A stretch of 64,000 nt of DNA, taken from contig PKTH01000011.1 of assembly GCA_002869265.1 (NCBI GenBank), positions 10,843-74,842 of the forward strand, read 5' to 3'. The stretch's first letter is position 1. Each line of letters starts with the position of its first letter. The translations under genes were made by a program, and so were the position numbers. Of the stretch, positions 57,079 through 64,000 are shown piece by piece. Source of the DNA: Candidatus Parcubacteria bacterium. GTDB lineage: Bacteria > Patescibacteriota > Patescibacteriia > Patescibacteriales > BM507. A model generated the notes under the pieces. It saw only the letters and a program-made list of their open reading frames with translations. It did not search any database and was not told the origin of the DNA.

Positions 57079-57648
57079 ATGAGAGAAGCAAAGTTTATCC
57101 AAGGCAAGCGTCTTTATCTACGTCCGGTTATGAAAGATGATGCAAATATCTTTCAAGTTTGGATCAATGATCGGGAAGTTACAAAATTTCTCGTGGTCAA
57201 CACTCCAGTAACCATGCAAATGCAAGAGAAGTGGGTAGAAGATAGGGCAGTAAATGATACATCTATGGTTCTTTCGATTGTTTTAAACAATGGCACTCTT
57301 ATTGGCAACATAGCCGTGAGGGACATTAATCGTGTGGATAGAACTGCTAACACCGGTTGTGTAATTGGCGAAAAGGATGAATGGGGTAAGGGCTATGGAA
57401 GGGAAGCAAAGATGCTTTTCCTGGATTATCTTTTTAACACGCTCAATCTTAGAAAGATTAATTCCACTGCCATAGCATTTAACGGCAGAAGCATTTCATA
57501 TCAAATGAAATGTGGGGCAGTTCAGGAAGGTTTGAAGAAAAAGCAAATCTTCCAAGATGGACAATATCACGACGAAGTTGTTTTAGCAGTATTTAAAGAG
57601 GATTTTGAAAAGCTATGGAAGAAAGAAAGTGGCAAATTTCTTTCTTAG
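57079..57648 (+). CDS. GNAT-family N-acetyltransferase (RimJ/RimL-like)
   Basis: Start at ATG 57079 (SD AAAGGAGAAAAAA), downstream of the 57005 terminator. GKRLYLRPVMKDDANIF..., ...IGNIAVRDIN..., and a Q/R-x-x-G-x-G/A-like GKGYGREA acetyl-CoA site. Confidence 0.85.
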   Translation: MREAKFIQGKRLYLRPVMKDDANIFQVWINDREVTKFLVVNTPVTMQMQEKWVEDRAVNDTSMVLSIVLNNGTLIGNIAVRDINRVDRTANTGCVIGEKDEWGKGYGREAKMLFLDYLFNTLNLRKINSTAIAFNGRSISYQMKCGAVQEGLKKKQIFQDGQYHDEVVLAVFKEDFEKLWKKESGKFLS

Positions 57649-57650
57649 TA

Positions 57651-57681
57651 AAAAAGCGCACAATTAATTTGTGCGCTTTTA
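57651..57681. terminator. Bidirectional terminator
   Basis: Stem GCGCACA / TGTGCGC with loop ATTAATT, flanked by an A-run and a T-run. Lies between convergent genes. Confidence 0.65.
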
Positions 57682-57807
57682 ATCTTTGAACTTTTCTTTT
57701 CTTTTTTTGCGGTGGTATTTTACTCGGTAGACGATCATTGGCATGGCAATGATAACTGTGATAAAGATCATGAAATAGTAAAGAGCGTCATCGTGACTTG
57801 CTTGCAT
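57679..57807 (-). CDS. Possible 42-aa hydrophobic/basic membrane peptide
   Basis: SD GAAAGGAGAGG 4 nt upstream of the ATG. Reads MQASHDDALYYFMIFITVIIAMPMIVYRVKYHRKKRKEKFKD*: one TM helix plus a Lys/Arg tail. Below the ORF-track size cutoff. Confidence 0.4.
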   Translation of the reverse strand: MQASHDDALYYFMIFITVIIAMPMIVYRVKYHRKKRKEKFKD

Positions 57808-57937
57808 AGCCTCTCCTTTCGCAAATGGTTTATGACAACATATCAAGCATAAAAACTATTGTCAATTAGAAAAATTAGTTAATAAATGCTATAATATAGA
57901 TAGTTCTTTACATTTCTCTTTTGAAAAAGGAGGAGTT

Positions 57938-58276
57938 ATGGATAAAATAACAATAGAAGAATTAGCAGATACTTTGGGACTCGAGGAGGAGCAAACAGAA
58001 ATTATTGATTTAAACCAAGAAATAGATGCAGAAGGAGTTGATTGGGTCCAAGAAGAAGGTGGAATTGTATATATTAGAGTAGGGGCAAGGCTAACAGAAG
58101 TGACCGCAGAACATGCGGGACATCCAAAGGATCGAGCAATAGTGGTGGTTCAGAATGGTTTGGAAATGCAATTTCCGGTCAAAGAAAGTCTGGGTTTTAG
58201 ATTTAGAGATGAAGACACTAAGAAGCCGTTCGAAACCCCGTACTACATGAGTGATATGATTTTTAATGATGAGTAA
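57938..58276 (+). CDS. Hypothetical acidic protein (112 aa)
   Basis: SD AAAAAGGAGGAG and an extended -10 (tgctataat, about 57885-57893) upstream, with a terminator downstream. No homology recognised. Confidence 0.6.
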   Translation: MDKITIEELADTLGLEEEQTEIIDLNQEIDAEGVDWVQEEGGIVYIRVGARLTEVTAEHAGHPKDRAIVVVQNGLEMQFPVKESLGFRFRDEDTKKPFETPYYMSDMIFNDE

Positions 58277-58278
58277 AA

Positions 58279-58306
58279 ATAAGCCCATTTTAAAATGGGC
58301 TTTTTC
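58279..58306 (+). terminator. Rho-independent terminator
   Basis: AAGCCCATTTT / AAAATGGGCTT palindrome followed by a T-run. Confidence 0.6.
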
Positions 58307-58316
58307 ATTTCTATAT

Positions 58317-58421
58317 AAACCAAGTCTAGGCACTAGGTGACTTGCCAAAGGACTTGGTTTTTTGCTAAAATATGCTAAAATATAGTGGTGAAAATAATTA
58401 AGTATAGAATTAATTCTATAC
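58317..58421 (+). promoter_or_regulatory. Control region of the AbrB-like gene: 10-bp inverted repeat, duplicated extended -10, perfect 20-bp palindrome
   Basis: AAACCAAGTC (58317-58326) pairs with GACTTGGTTT (58351-58360). -35 TTGCCA lies at 58342-58347. Tandem tgctaaaata x2 lies at 58363-58382. The palindrome GTATAGAATT|AATTCTATAC (58402-58421) ends 9 nt before the ATG. Confidence 0.45.
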
Positions 58422-58430
58422 ATAAATTTT

Positions 58431-58616
58431 ATGGCTAGAACAAACTTAGATGATCGTAATATTAGGAAATTATCGAGAGTGGGGAGTGGAAAAACATATA
58501 CAATCACTCTGCCAATAGAGGCTATTCGAAAGTTTGGTTGGCAGAAAAAGCAAAAACTGGAAGTGGAGGTAGATGAGGAGGGTAAACGTTTAATAGTTAA
58601 GGACTGGGAAAAATAG
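58431..58616 (+). CDS. AbrB/MazE/SpoVT-family DNA-binding protein (61 aa)
   Basis: The pattern KLSRVGSGKTYTITLPIEAIRKFGWQKKQKLEVEVDEEGKRLIVK fits the swapped-hairpin AbrB-like fold. Its stop lies 2 nt before the sugar transferase start. Confidence 0.65.
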   Translation: MARTNLDDRNIRKLSRVGSGKTYTITLPIEAIRKFGWQKKQKLEVEVDEEGKRLIVKDWEK

Positions 58617-58618
58617 CT

Positions 58619-59260
58619 ATGCAAGAAACAGACTTTGTTAAAATACCAGCCCTGAAGAGACTTTTTGATATGGTTTTTTCCCTATCAGTCATTCTCTTAT
58701 TTTCTCCTTTGGTACTATTGACCCTTCTGAGTATATTTATAGAGCACATAGTTCTTCACCGGACATTTTCTCCCCTTTTTTATAGCGAAAAAAGAATATC
58801 TCAAGGAGGACAATTCAATTTTAGAAAGTTTAATATTTTTAAGCCAAGAGTTATAGAAAGCTTGAAGAGTAGTGGAACTTTTATTCACACCAAGCCTCTC
58901 GAACACGATGGCTATAGCCTGACACATACCGGACGCTTTCTTCAAAAAATATACCTAGATGAATTCCCTCAGTTTTTTAATATTTTAAAAGGAGATATTA
59001 GCCTGATCGGGCCGAGACCAGTCAATCTAGAGGTTTATCAAGGCCTTCTCGATAGGGGAATTCACACAAAAACGGTTATTAGGGCCGGACTTACTGGCTA
59101 TTATCAATCCATGAAAGGCGTCACTAAAAAAACGGATATTGAACTAGATCAAGAATATATCGAATACTGCAGAAAACATGGCGCGATAAAAATTTTACTT
59201 TTTGATTTTAAAATAATTATAAATACCATAAAAGTGCTCTTTAGAGCACAAGGGATATGA
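58619..59260 (+). CDS. Bacterial sugar transferase (undecaprenyl-phosphate glycosyl-1-phosphate transferase, WbaP C-domain/EpsL-like)
   Basis: KRLFDMVFSLSVILLFSPLVLL ... LDEFPQFFNILKGDISLIGPRP is the hallmark of the Bac_transf family. Confidence 0.85.
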   Translation: MQETDFVKIPALKRLFDMVFSLSVILLFSPLVLLTLLSIFIEHIVLHRTFSPLFYSEKRISQGGQFNFRKFNIFKPRVIESLKSSGTFIHTKPLEHDGYSLTHTGRFLQKIYLDEFPQFFNILKGDISLIGPRPVNLEVYQGLLDRGIHTKTVIRAGLTGYYQSMKGVTKKTDIELDQEYIEYCRKHGAIKILLFDFKIIINTIKVLFRAQGI

Positions 59261-59278
59261 ATCTCCAAAAACAAATAT

Positions 59279-60136
59279 ATGAACAATAAAAAAATTGGAT
59301 TTATAGGCCAGGGATGGATTGGAGGATCTTACTCAGATGATTTTGAAAAAAGAGGATATAATGTGGTTCGTTACGCTCTATACCCTCCCTATAATTTAAA
59401 TAAAGGGAAAATAGCAGATTGCGATATTGTGTTTATTGCAGTGCCTACTCCGAGCACTCCTGATGGCTTTGATGATTCGATTATTCGTAGTGTCATTAAG
59501 CTTGTAGGAGAAGGCAATATTGCAGTTATAAAATCCACCATTGTTCCAGGTACAACAAAGTCTATCCAAAAAGAAAACCCCGGTATATTTGTGATGCACT
59601 CGCCAGAGTTTTTAACAGAGGCTACAGCATCTCACGATGCTTCAAATCCAGAGAGAAACATAGTTGGTCTTCCTGTTGATTCAGAAGAATACAGAGAACA
59701 GGCTAAAAAAGTCCTAGATGTGCTTCCTAGGGCAAAATATGCAAAAATAATGGATAGTGTAGAGGCAGAGCTTGTTAAATATGGAGGGAATGTATCTTTT
59801 TATTTTAAGGTAATGTTTATGAATATGCTTTATGATATTAGTCAGAAGTATGGAGTTGATTGGAAAAATATCAAAGAGGCCATGTCTATGGACTCTCGCA
59901 TTGGTCATGTTCACCTTGACCCAGTTCACAAAAGTGGCAGAGGGGCAGGAGGGCATTGCTTTATAAAAGACTTCGCAGCTTTTCGAGATATATATGAAAA
60001 GGAATTTGGAGAAGGCTACGAAATCGAAACATTAAAAGCGATGGAAAATATGAATATTAATCTACTAAAGTCATCCAGAAAAGACCTAGATCTATTAGAA
60101 GGGGTTTACGGGAAAGAGATCTTAAAAAATAATTAG
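59279..60136 (+). CDS. Short UDP-glucose/GDP-mannose dehydrogenase-family protein
   Basis: N-terminal Rossmann motif KIGFIGQGWIGG and a catalytic-Cys context GGHCFIKD (compare GGSCFPKD). At 285 aa it is shorter than canonical enzymes. Confidence 0.55.
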   Translation: MNNKKIGFIGQGWIGGSYSDDFEKRGYNVVRYALYPPYNLNKGKIADCDIVFIAVPTPSTPDGFDDSIIRSVIKLVGEGNIAVIKSTIVPGTTKSIQKENPGIFVMHSPEFLTEATASHDASNPERNIVGLPVDSEEYREQAKKVLDVLPRAKYAKIMDSVEAELVKYGGNVSFYFKVMFMNMLYDISQKYGVDWKNIKEAMSMDSRIGHVHLDPVHKSGRGAGGHCFIKDFAAFRDIYEKEFGEGYEIETLKAMENMNINLLKSSRKDLDLLEGVYGKEILKNN

Positions 60137-60142
60137 TCTAAG

Positions 60143-61213
60143 ATGAAAAAGATATTATACATAATAACAGGCCTAAATATCGGCGGGGCTGAAATGGTTC
60201 TAAAAAACATTTTATCAGGATTAGATAAAGAGAAATTTGATCCAATTGTTATTTCTCTTGCTCCCGAAGGGGAGATAGCTTCACAGATCAAAGATTTGGG
60301 GGTGAAGGTTGTCAGCTTGGATTGGAAGAATAAAATAAATTTTTTCCCATTTTTAAGATTGCATAAAATTGTAAAAAATGAAAAGCCAGATATTATTCAT
60401 GCACATTTATTTCATGCGAACCTTATCGCTAGATTATTAAAAATAATGAATAATGAACTGGTTGTTGTCTCAACAATTCATAATATAAATTTTGGTGGCA
60501 AACTAAGAGAGGTATTGTTGAAGTTTACTGATTTTTTAAGTGATAAGAATGTCGTGGTGTCAAAAAAAATATTAAATGAAATGGCACCTAAAGGGGTTAT
60601 CACGAAACAAAATACAGAGATTATATACAACGGGGTAGACTTTGATTTTTATAATGGCAAAATTGATAATAAAAATAATTTAAAATTAGTCGCAATAGGC
60701 AGATTAACAGAAGCTAAAGGATATATGTATTTACTTAAGGCCATGATTAAGCTAAAAGAAATATTTCCAGGAATTAAACTTAGCATACTTGGTCTAGGGG
60801 ACAAAAAGAATGAACTAGAATCTTTTGTTAGAAAAAATAATTTAGAAGAAAATGTTTTCTTTGCTGGAAACCAGAGTGACGTAAAATCGTTTTTAGATAA
60901 GAATAATTTTTTTGTTTTAGCTTCTCTTTGGGAGGGTTTACCAATGGCTATTTGTGAAGCCATGGCTAACGGCAAAATAGTGATTGCCACTAAAGTGGGT
61001 GGTGTTCCAGAGATTATTGAGAATGGAGTGGATGGGTATTTAATTAATCCGAAAGATGAAACTGAACTTGCAGACACAATTGAATCTGTTTTGAAAATGG
61101 CTGATGAGGACAAGAATTTATTATCAAAGAACGCAAAAGCAAAGATCAAAAGTAAATTTTCAGTTTCAATAATGATAAAAAAATATGAAAAACTGTATAA
61201 TGAGTTAAGTTAA
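60143..61213 (+). CDS. Family 4 (GT-B) glycosyltransferase
   Basis: N-terminus ITGLNIGGAEM and the E-x7-E region EGLPMAICEAMANGKIVIATKVGGVPEII. Confidence 0.85.
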   Translation: MKKILYIITGLNIGGAEMVLKNILSGLDKEKFDPIVISLAPEGEIASQIKDLGVKVVSLDWKNKINFFPFLRLHKIVKNEKPDIIHAHLFHANLIARLLKIMNNELVVVSTIHNINFGGKLREVLLKFTDFLSDKNVVVSKKILNEMAPKGVITKQNTEIIYNGVDFDFYNGKIDNKNNLKLVAIGRLTEAKGYMYLLKAMIKLKEIFPGIKLSILGLGDKKNELESFVRKNNLEENVFFAGNQSDVKSFLDKNNFFVLASLWEGLPMAICEAMANGKIVIATKVGGVPEIIENGVDGYLINPKDETELADTIESVLKMADEDKNLLSKNAKAKIKSKFSVSIMIKKYEKLYNELS

Positions 61214-61217
61214 GAAA

Positions 61218-62312
61218 ATGGATAAAAAAACCAAAGTATGTTTTGTATCAATATTTTCATATCCTCTCTTTAATCCAGACTGTGATTTAACTTTTGGAGG
61301 GGCTGAGGTTCAGATTAGTCTGATTGCAAAGGAACTTGCCAGGGATGAAAATTTGGATATAAATGTTATTGTTGCTGACACAGGACAGGGGGAGATGGAG
61401 ATACACGAAGGAGTGAAAGTTCACAAGGCATACAAAAGAGGCCTGGGGAAAATAAACGCGCTAGGGGCACCTTTTGTTTTATATAAAAAACTAAAAAGCA
61501 TAAATCCGGATGTGGTGGTGTGTAGAGCTGCTGGGGTTGAGGTGGGAATAGCAGGTTTTTATGCATATAAAAACAAGAAAAAATTTATATATAGTATAGC
61601 TCATTTTGACGATTTGACAGGTAAGCATTCTAGAGGTCTTAGAGGGCTGATATATCAATTGGGGTTTAACCTTGCTACTAACTATATTGCCCAGACAGAA
61701 GATCAAAAAAAATATTTGGAGAAAAAGACTCAAAAGAAGATTAGTATTATAAAAAATAGTTTTCCCGCACCTAAAGACTTGAAAGAAAAAATGAATACGA
61801 GTAAAGTATTATGGATAGGAAGGTCAGTAGATTTTAAAAGACCTGAAAAGTTCATTGAGTTAGCTGAGCTGATGCCGGAAAAAAAATTTGAGATGGTATT
61901 ACAAAAGACAGCTGTTCAGAGGTGGGAAGAATTAAGAAAACATGCCAGGGGAGTTCGAAATTTAAAATTTATAGAAAAGATTCCATTTGAAAAAATAAAT
62001 GCAGTTTTTCAATCTTCAAGTCTCTATGTGAATACATCAACAGAAGAGGGTTTCCCGAATACTTTTATTCAATCTACAATGTATGGTGTTCCTATAATTA
62101 GTCTTAATATTAATCCCGATAATTTTATAAATGAATATCGTTGTGGTGTCTGTTGTGATGATGATGTAGAAAGAATGGCAAGTATGATAAACAGTATATT
62201 GTCTGACAGGGGACGTTATCAAATGTTTTCAGATAGTGCAAAAAGATATTTTAGCCAAAACCATGATATAAAAGTGAACATTTTAAAGTGGAAAGAATTA
62301 TTAAAAAAATGA
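61218..62312 (+). CDS. GT-B fold glycosyltransferase (GT4-like)
   Basis: C-terminal domain TSTEEGFPNTFIQSTMYGVPIISL. Length and position fit a GT4 enzyme. Confidence 0.7.
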   Translation: MDKKTKVCFVSIFSYPLFNPDCDLTFGGAEVQISLIAKELARDENLDINVIVADTGQGEMEIHEGVKVHKAYKRGLGKINALGAPFVLYKKLKSINPDVVVCRAAGVEVGIAGFYAYKNKKKFIYSIAHFDDLTGKHSRGLRGLIYQLGFNLATNYIAQTEDQKKYLEKKTQKKISIIKNSFPAPKDLKEKMNTSKVLWIGRSVDFKRPEKFIELAELMPEKKFEMVLQKTAVQRWEELRKHARGVRNLKFIEKIPFEKINAVFQSSSLYVNTSTEEGFPNTFIQSTMYGVPIISLNINPDNFINEYRCGVCCDDDVERMASMINSILSDRGRYQMFSDSAKRYFSQNHDIKVNILKWKELLKK

Positions 62313-63421
62313 GAATTTTATTTATAGCACCAAGATATCATACTAATCTCCATTTTAGGATTAAAGCATTGCAAGAATCTGGGCATGAGGTGGTTTTTTT
62401 ATCTCAGTACAAAGGGCAGTCTGAGAGGTACGATGCAATAGAGCCAAAAATTATTGGATTTTCTCCTCTCTATTTGTTTCTGGATAATTTGCTAAGAATA
62501 TTTTTCAAAAAGGAAACCCCCAATTTATGGAAACTAAACCTTGCTTGGCCAAGAACAAGTAGTTTAAAAAAAGAAATTAAAGATTTTTCTCCCGATGTTA
62601 TTATTGTGAAGGGGATGAAAAGTGTCTTGTCTTTGATAGCTTTATGGTTAGCTAAGAGAAGTGCTGCACGTTCATTCTTCCTCTTGCAGATTAGGAACCA
62701 TTATGCAAATACACCTGCTAAGAAAATTGTTTTATGGTTTATAAAAAATATTTTAAAAGCTGAAGGGATAATTTCTGAAATTGATAATGAAAACAATAAG
62801 CATGATCCTTTTTATCACTATATTCCATTTGCTACAGAGGTTAAGGATTTCGAGAAAAAATATTTTAAAGATGATAAGATAAACATTATAGGTATTGGTA
62901 AATTTGTTGAAAGGAAGGCTCATCTAGATTTATTAAAGGCTATAAAAAAATTAAGGAGTAAATATGATTTTAATGTAACTATAGTAGGTGAGAGATCTGA
63001 TGAGAAAGTTTTAAATATGGTGAAACAACACATAGAGAGTGAGAGGTTGGGTGAAATTGTGGACCTAAGATTAAATCTTTCTAATCAGGAAGTCTTAAAT
63101 GAGTATAAAAAAAATGACTTATTTGTGCTCTCTAGTTATAATGAACCAGCATCATATTCTGTACTTGAAGCCATGGCAAATAAGTTGCCAGTAATTTGTA
63201 GCGACACAAATGGAACAAAGTGTTATATTAAAGAGGGTGAAAACGGATATATCTTTCGGTCAAAAAATTCTGATAGCCTAAAAAATATGATAGATATTCT
63301 TGTGAATAGGAGAGGAAATATCGTGCGTATGGGGAAATTGGCTTTTGATCATGTAACGGAAAATTTTTCAGAAGAAAAATTTATTGCAAATATTAATAAA
63401 CTACTAAATAAAGATGCTTAA
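62309..63421 (+). CDS. Family 4 (GT-B) glycosyltransferase
   Basis: ATG 62309 overlaps the upstream stop (ATGA). NEPASYSVLEAMANKLPVICSDTNGTKCYIKEGENGYIF is the E-x7-E region. Confidence 0.8.
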   Translation: MRILFIAPRYHTNLHFRIKALQESGHEVVFLSQYKGQSERYDAIEPKIIGFSPLYLFLDNLLRIFFKKETPNLWKLNLAWPRTSSLKKEIKDFSPDVIIVKGMKSVLSLIALWLAKRSAARSFFLLQIRNHYANTPAKKIVLWFIKNILKAEGIISEIDNENNKHDPFYHYIPFATEVKDFEKKYFKDDKINIIGIGKFVERKAHLDLLKAIKKLRSKYDFNVTIVGERSDEKVLNMVKQHIESERLGEIVDLRLNLSNQEVLNEYKKNDLFVLSSYNEPASYSVLEAMANKLPVICSDTNGTKCYIKEGENGYIFRSKNSDSLKNMIDILVNRRGNIVRMGKLAFDHVTENFSEEKFIANINKLLNKDA

Positions 63422-64000
63422 AGTATTTAAAGAAAAAGCCAACTCAGGGTATTGGGACGCTCATTGGAGTAAGTTGAGTACTAATGAATTATATAAAATT
63501 GACAAAGGATCTTTTCTGGAAAAAAAGTTTTTAAAGTTTCTACCAAAAGATGGGAAAATTCTTGAAGGAGGATGTGGCCTTGGACAATGGGTGAAAATAT
63601 TAGTTGAACATGGTTATGATATATTTGGTCTTGATTTTGCAGAGGAAACTGTTAAAACTTTAAATAAAACCAACCCAGAATTAAAAATTAGTAAAGGAGA
63701 CGTTTTTAACCTTCTCCTGAAAGATGGAGGCTTGAGCGGGTATATATCCCTGGGGGTTATTGAGCATTTTGAAGAAGGTCCAGAGAAAATTATTAAAGAA
63801 ATGAAGAGAGTTTTAAGAAGAGACGGTATATTAATTGTTACGGTTCCGTTCCAAAGTATGTTTTTACGATTTAAGTATTTTTTTAATAATAATCAGAAAG
63901 GAGAGGGGGCTTTTTATCAATATCATTATAATTTAAATGAAATGAAGAGTTTTTTTGAGGAGTTTAGTGTGATTGATGTAGATTATTTTGACCCCTTTAA
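63414..64000 (+). CDS. Class I SAM-dependent methyltransferase (3' end beyond the window)
   Basis: ATG 63414 overlaps the upstream stop (ATGCTTAA). Motif I ILEGGCGLGQW. The frame stays open to the window edge. Absent from the ORF track because no stop is present. Confidence 0.75.
   Translation, partial: MLKVFKEKANSGYWDAHWSKLSTNELYKIDKGSFLEKKFLKFLPKDGKILEGGCGLGQWVKILVEHGYDIFGLDFAEETVKTLNKTNPELKISKGDVFNLLLKDGGLSGYISLGVIEHFEEGPEKIIKEMKRVLRRDGILIVTVPFQSMFLRFKYFFNNNQKGEGAFYQYHYNLNEMKSFFEEFSVIDVDYFDPF

Noticed and set aside
57079-57648. The GNAT as the toxin of a GNAT/RHH (TacT/AtaT-type) toxin-antitoxin pair.
   Set aside because: No small RHH/DUF1778-like ORF is co-transcribed upstream, and a terminator separates it from the preceding unit. 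The sequence looks RimJ/RimL-like rather than like the tRNA-acetylating toxins.

Overview
AT-rich bacterial chromosomal segment that uses the standard code: TAA, TAG and TGA all end well-supported genes. Genes are tightly packed. The content suggests a small-genome Patescibacteria/CPR-like organism, but that is inference only. From left to right: (1) 40-18860 encodes a thrombospondin-repeat protein, a 2,509-aa exported Cys-rich giant protein, and a stripped-down Gram-positive-type T4SS-like module (VirB6/TrbL-like, PrgI/VirB3-like, VirB4 ATPase, possible VirB8-like) followed by a DsbA. No relaxase or coupling protein is present. (2) 18853-27113 holds DNA-processing genes (radA, recG, comFC), tyrS and a small tRNA locus (Arg-GCG, Ser-GCU, Ser-UGA) with unusual tRNA-derived repeats. 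(3) 27247-35016 and 44495-47553 form a type IV pilus locus (pilM, N/O-like, pilB, CheY-like receiver, degenerate pilT-like, pilC, pilin; then pilD and four minor pilins). It is split by a glycan island at 35106-44379: an O-antigen-ligase-like/TPR protein directly after the pilin, four tandem GT2 genes (one interrupted), a flippase and a methyltransferase. (4) 47555-55419 is mostly housekeeping: ligA, gatC, a four-helix-bundle gene, gatA, a second DsbA, a short PPase-like gene, tRNA-Ser-GGA and membrane proteins. (5) 55.4-58.4 kb is an island of small orphan genes, each with its own promoter and terminator. (6) 58431-64000 is an AbrB-like regulator followed by a second glycan cluster. The main leads are the giant-protein/T4SS-like block, in-frame TAA stops in two otherwise intact genes, the tRNA-linked repeats, the candidate pilin glycosylation island and the orphan island. 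All functional calls come from motifs read by eye. No database search was run.
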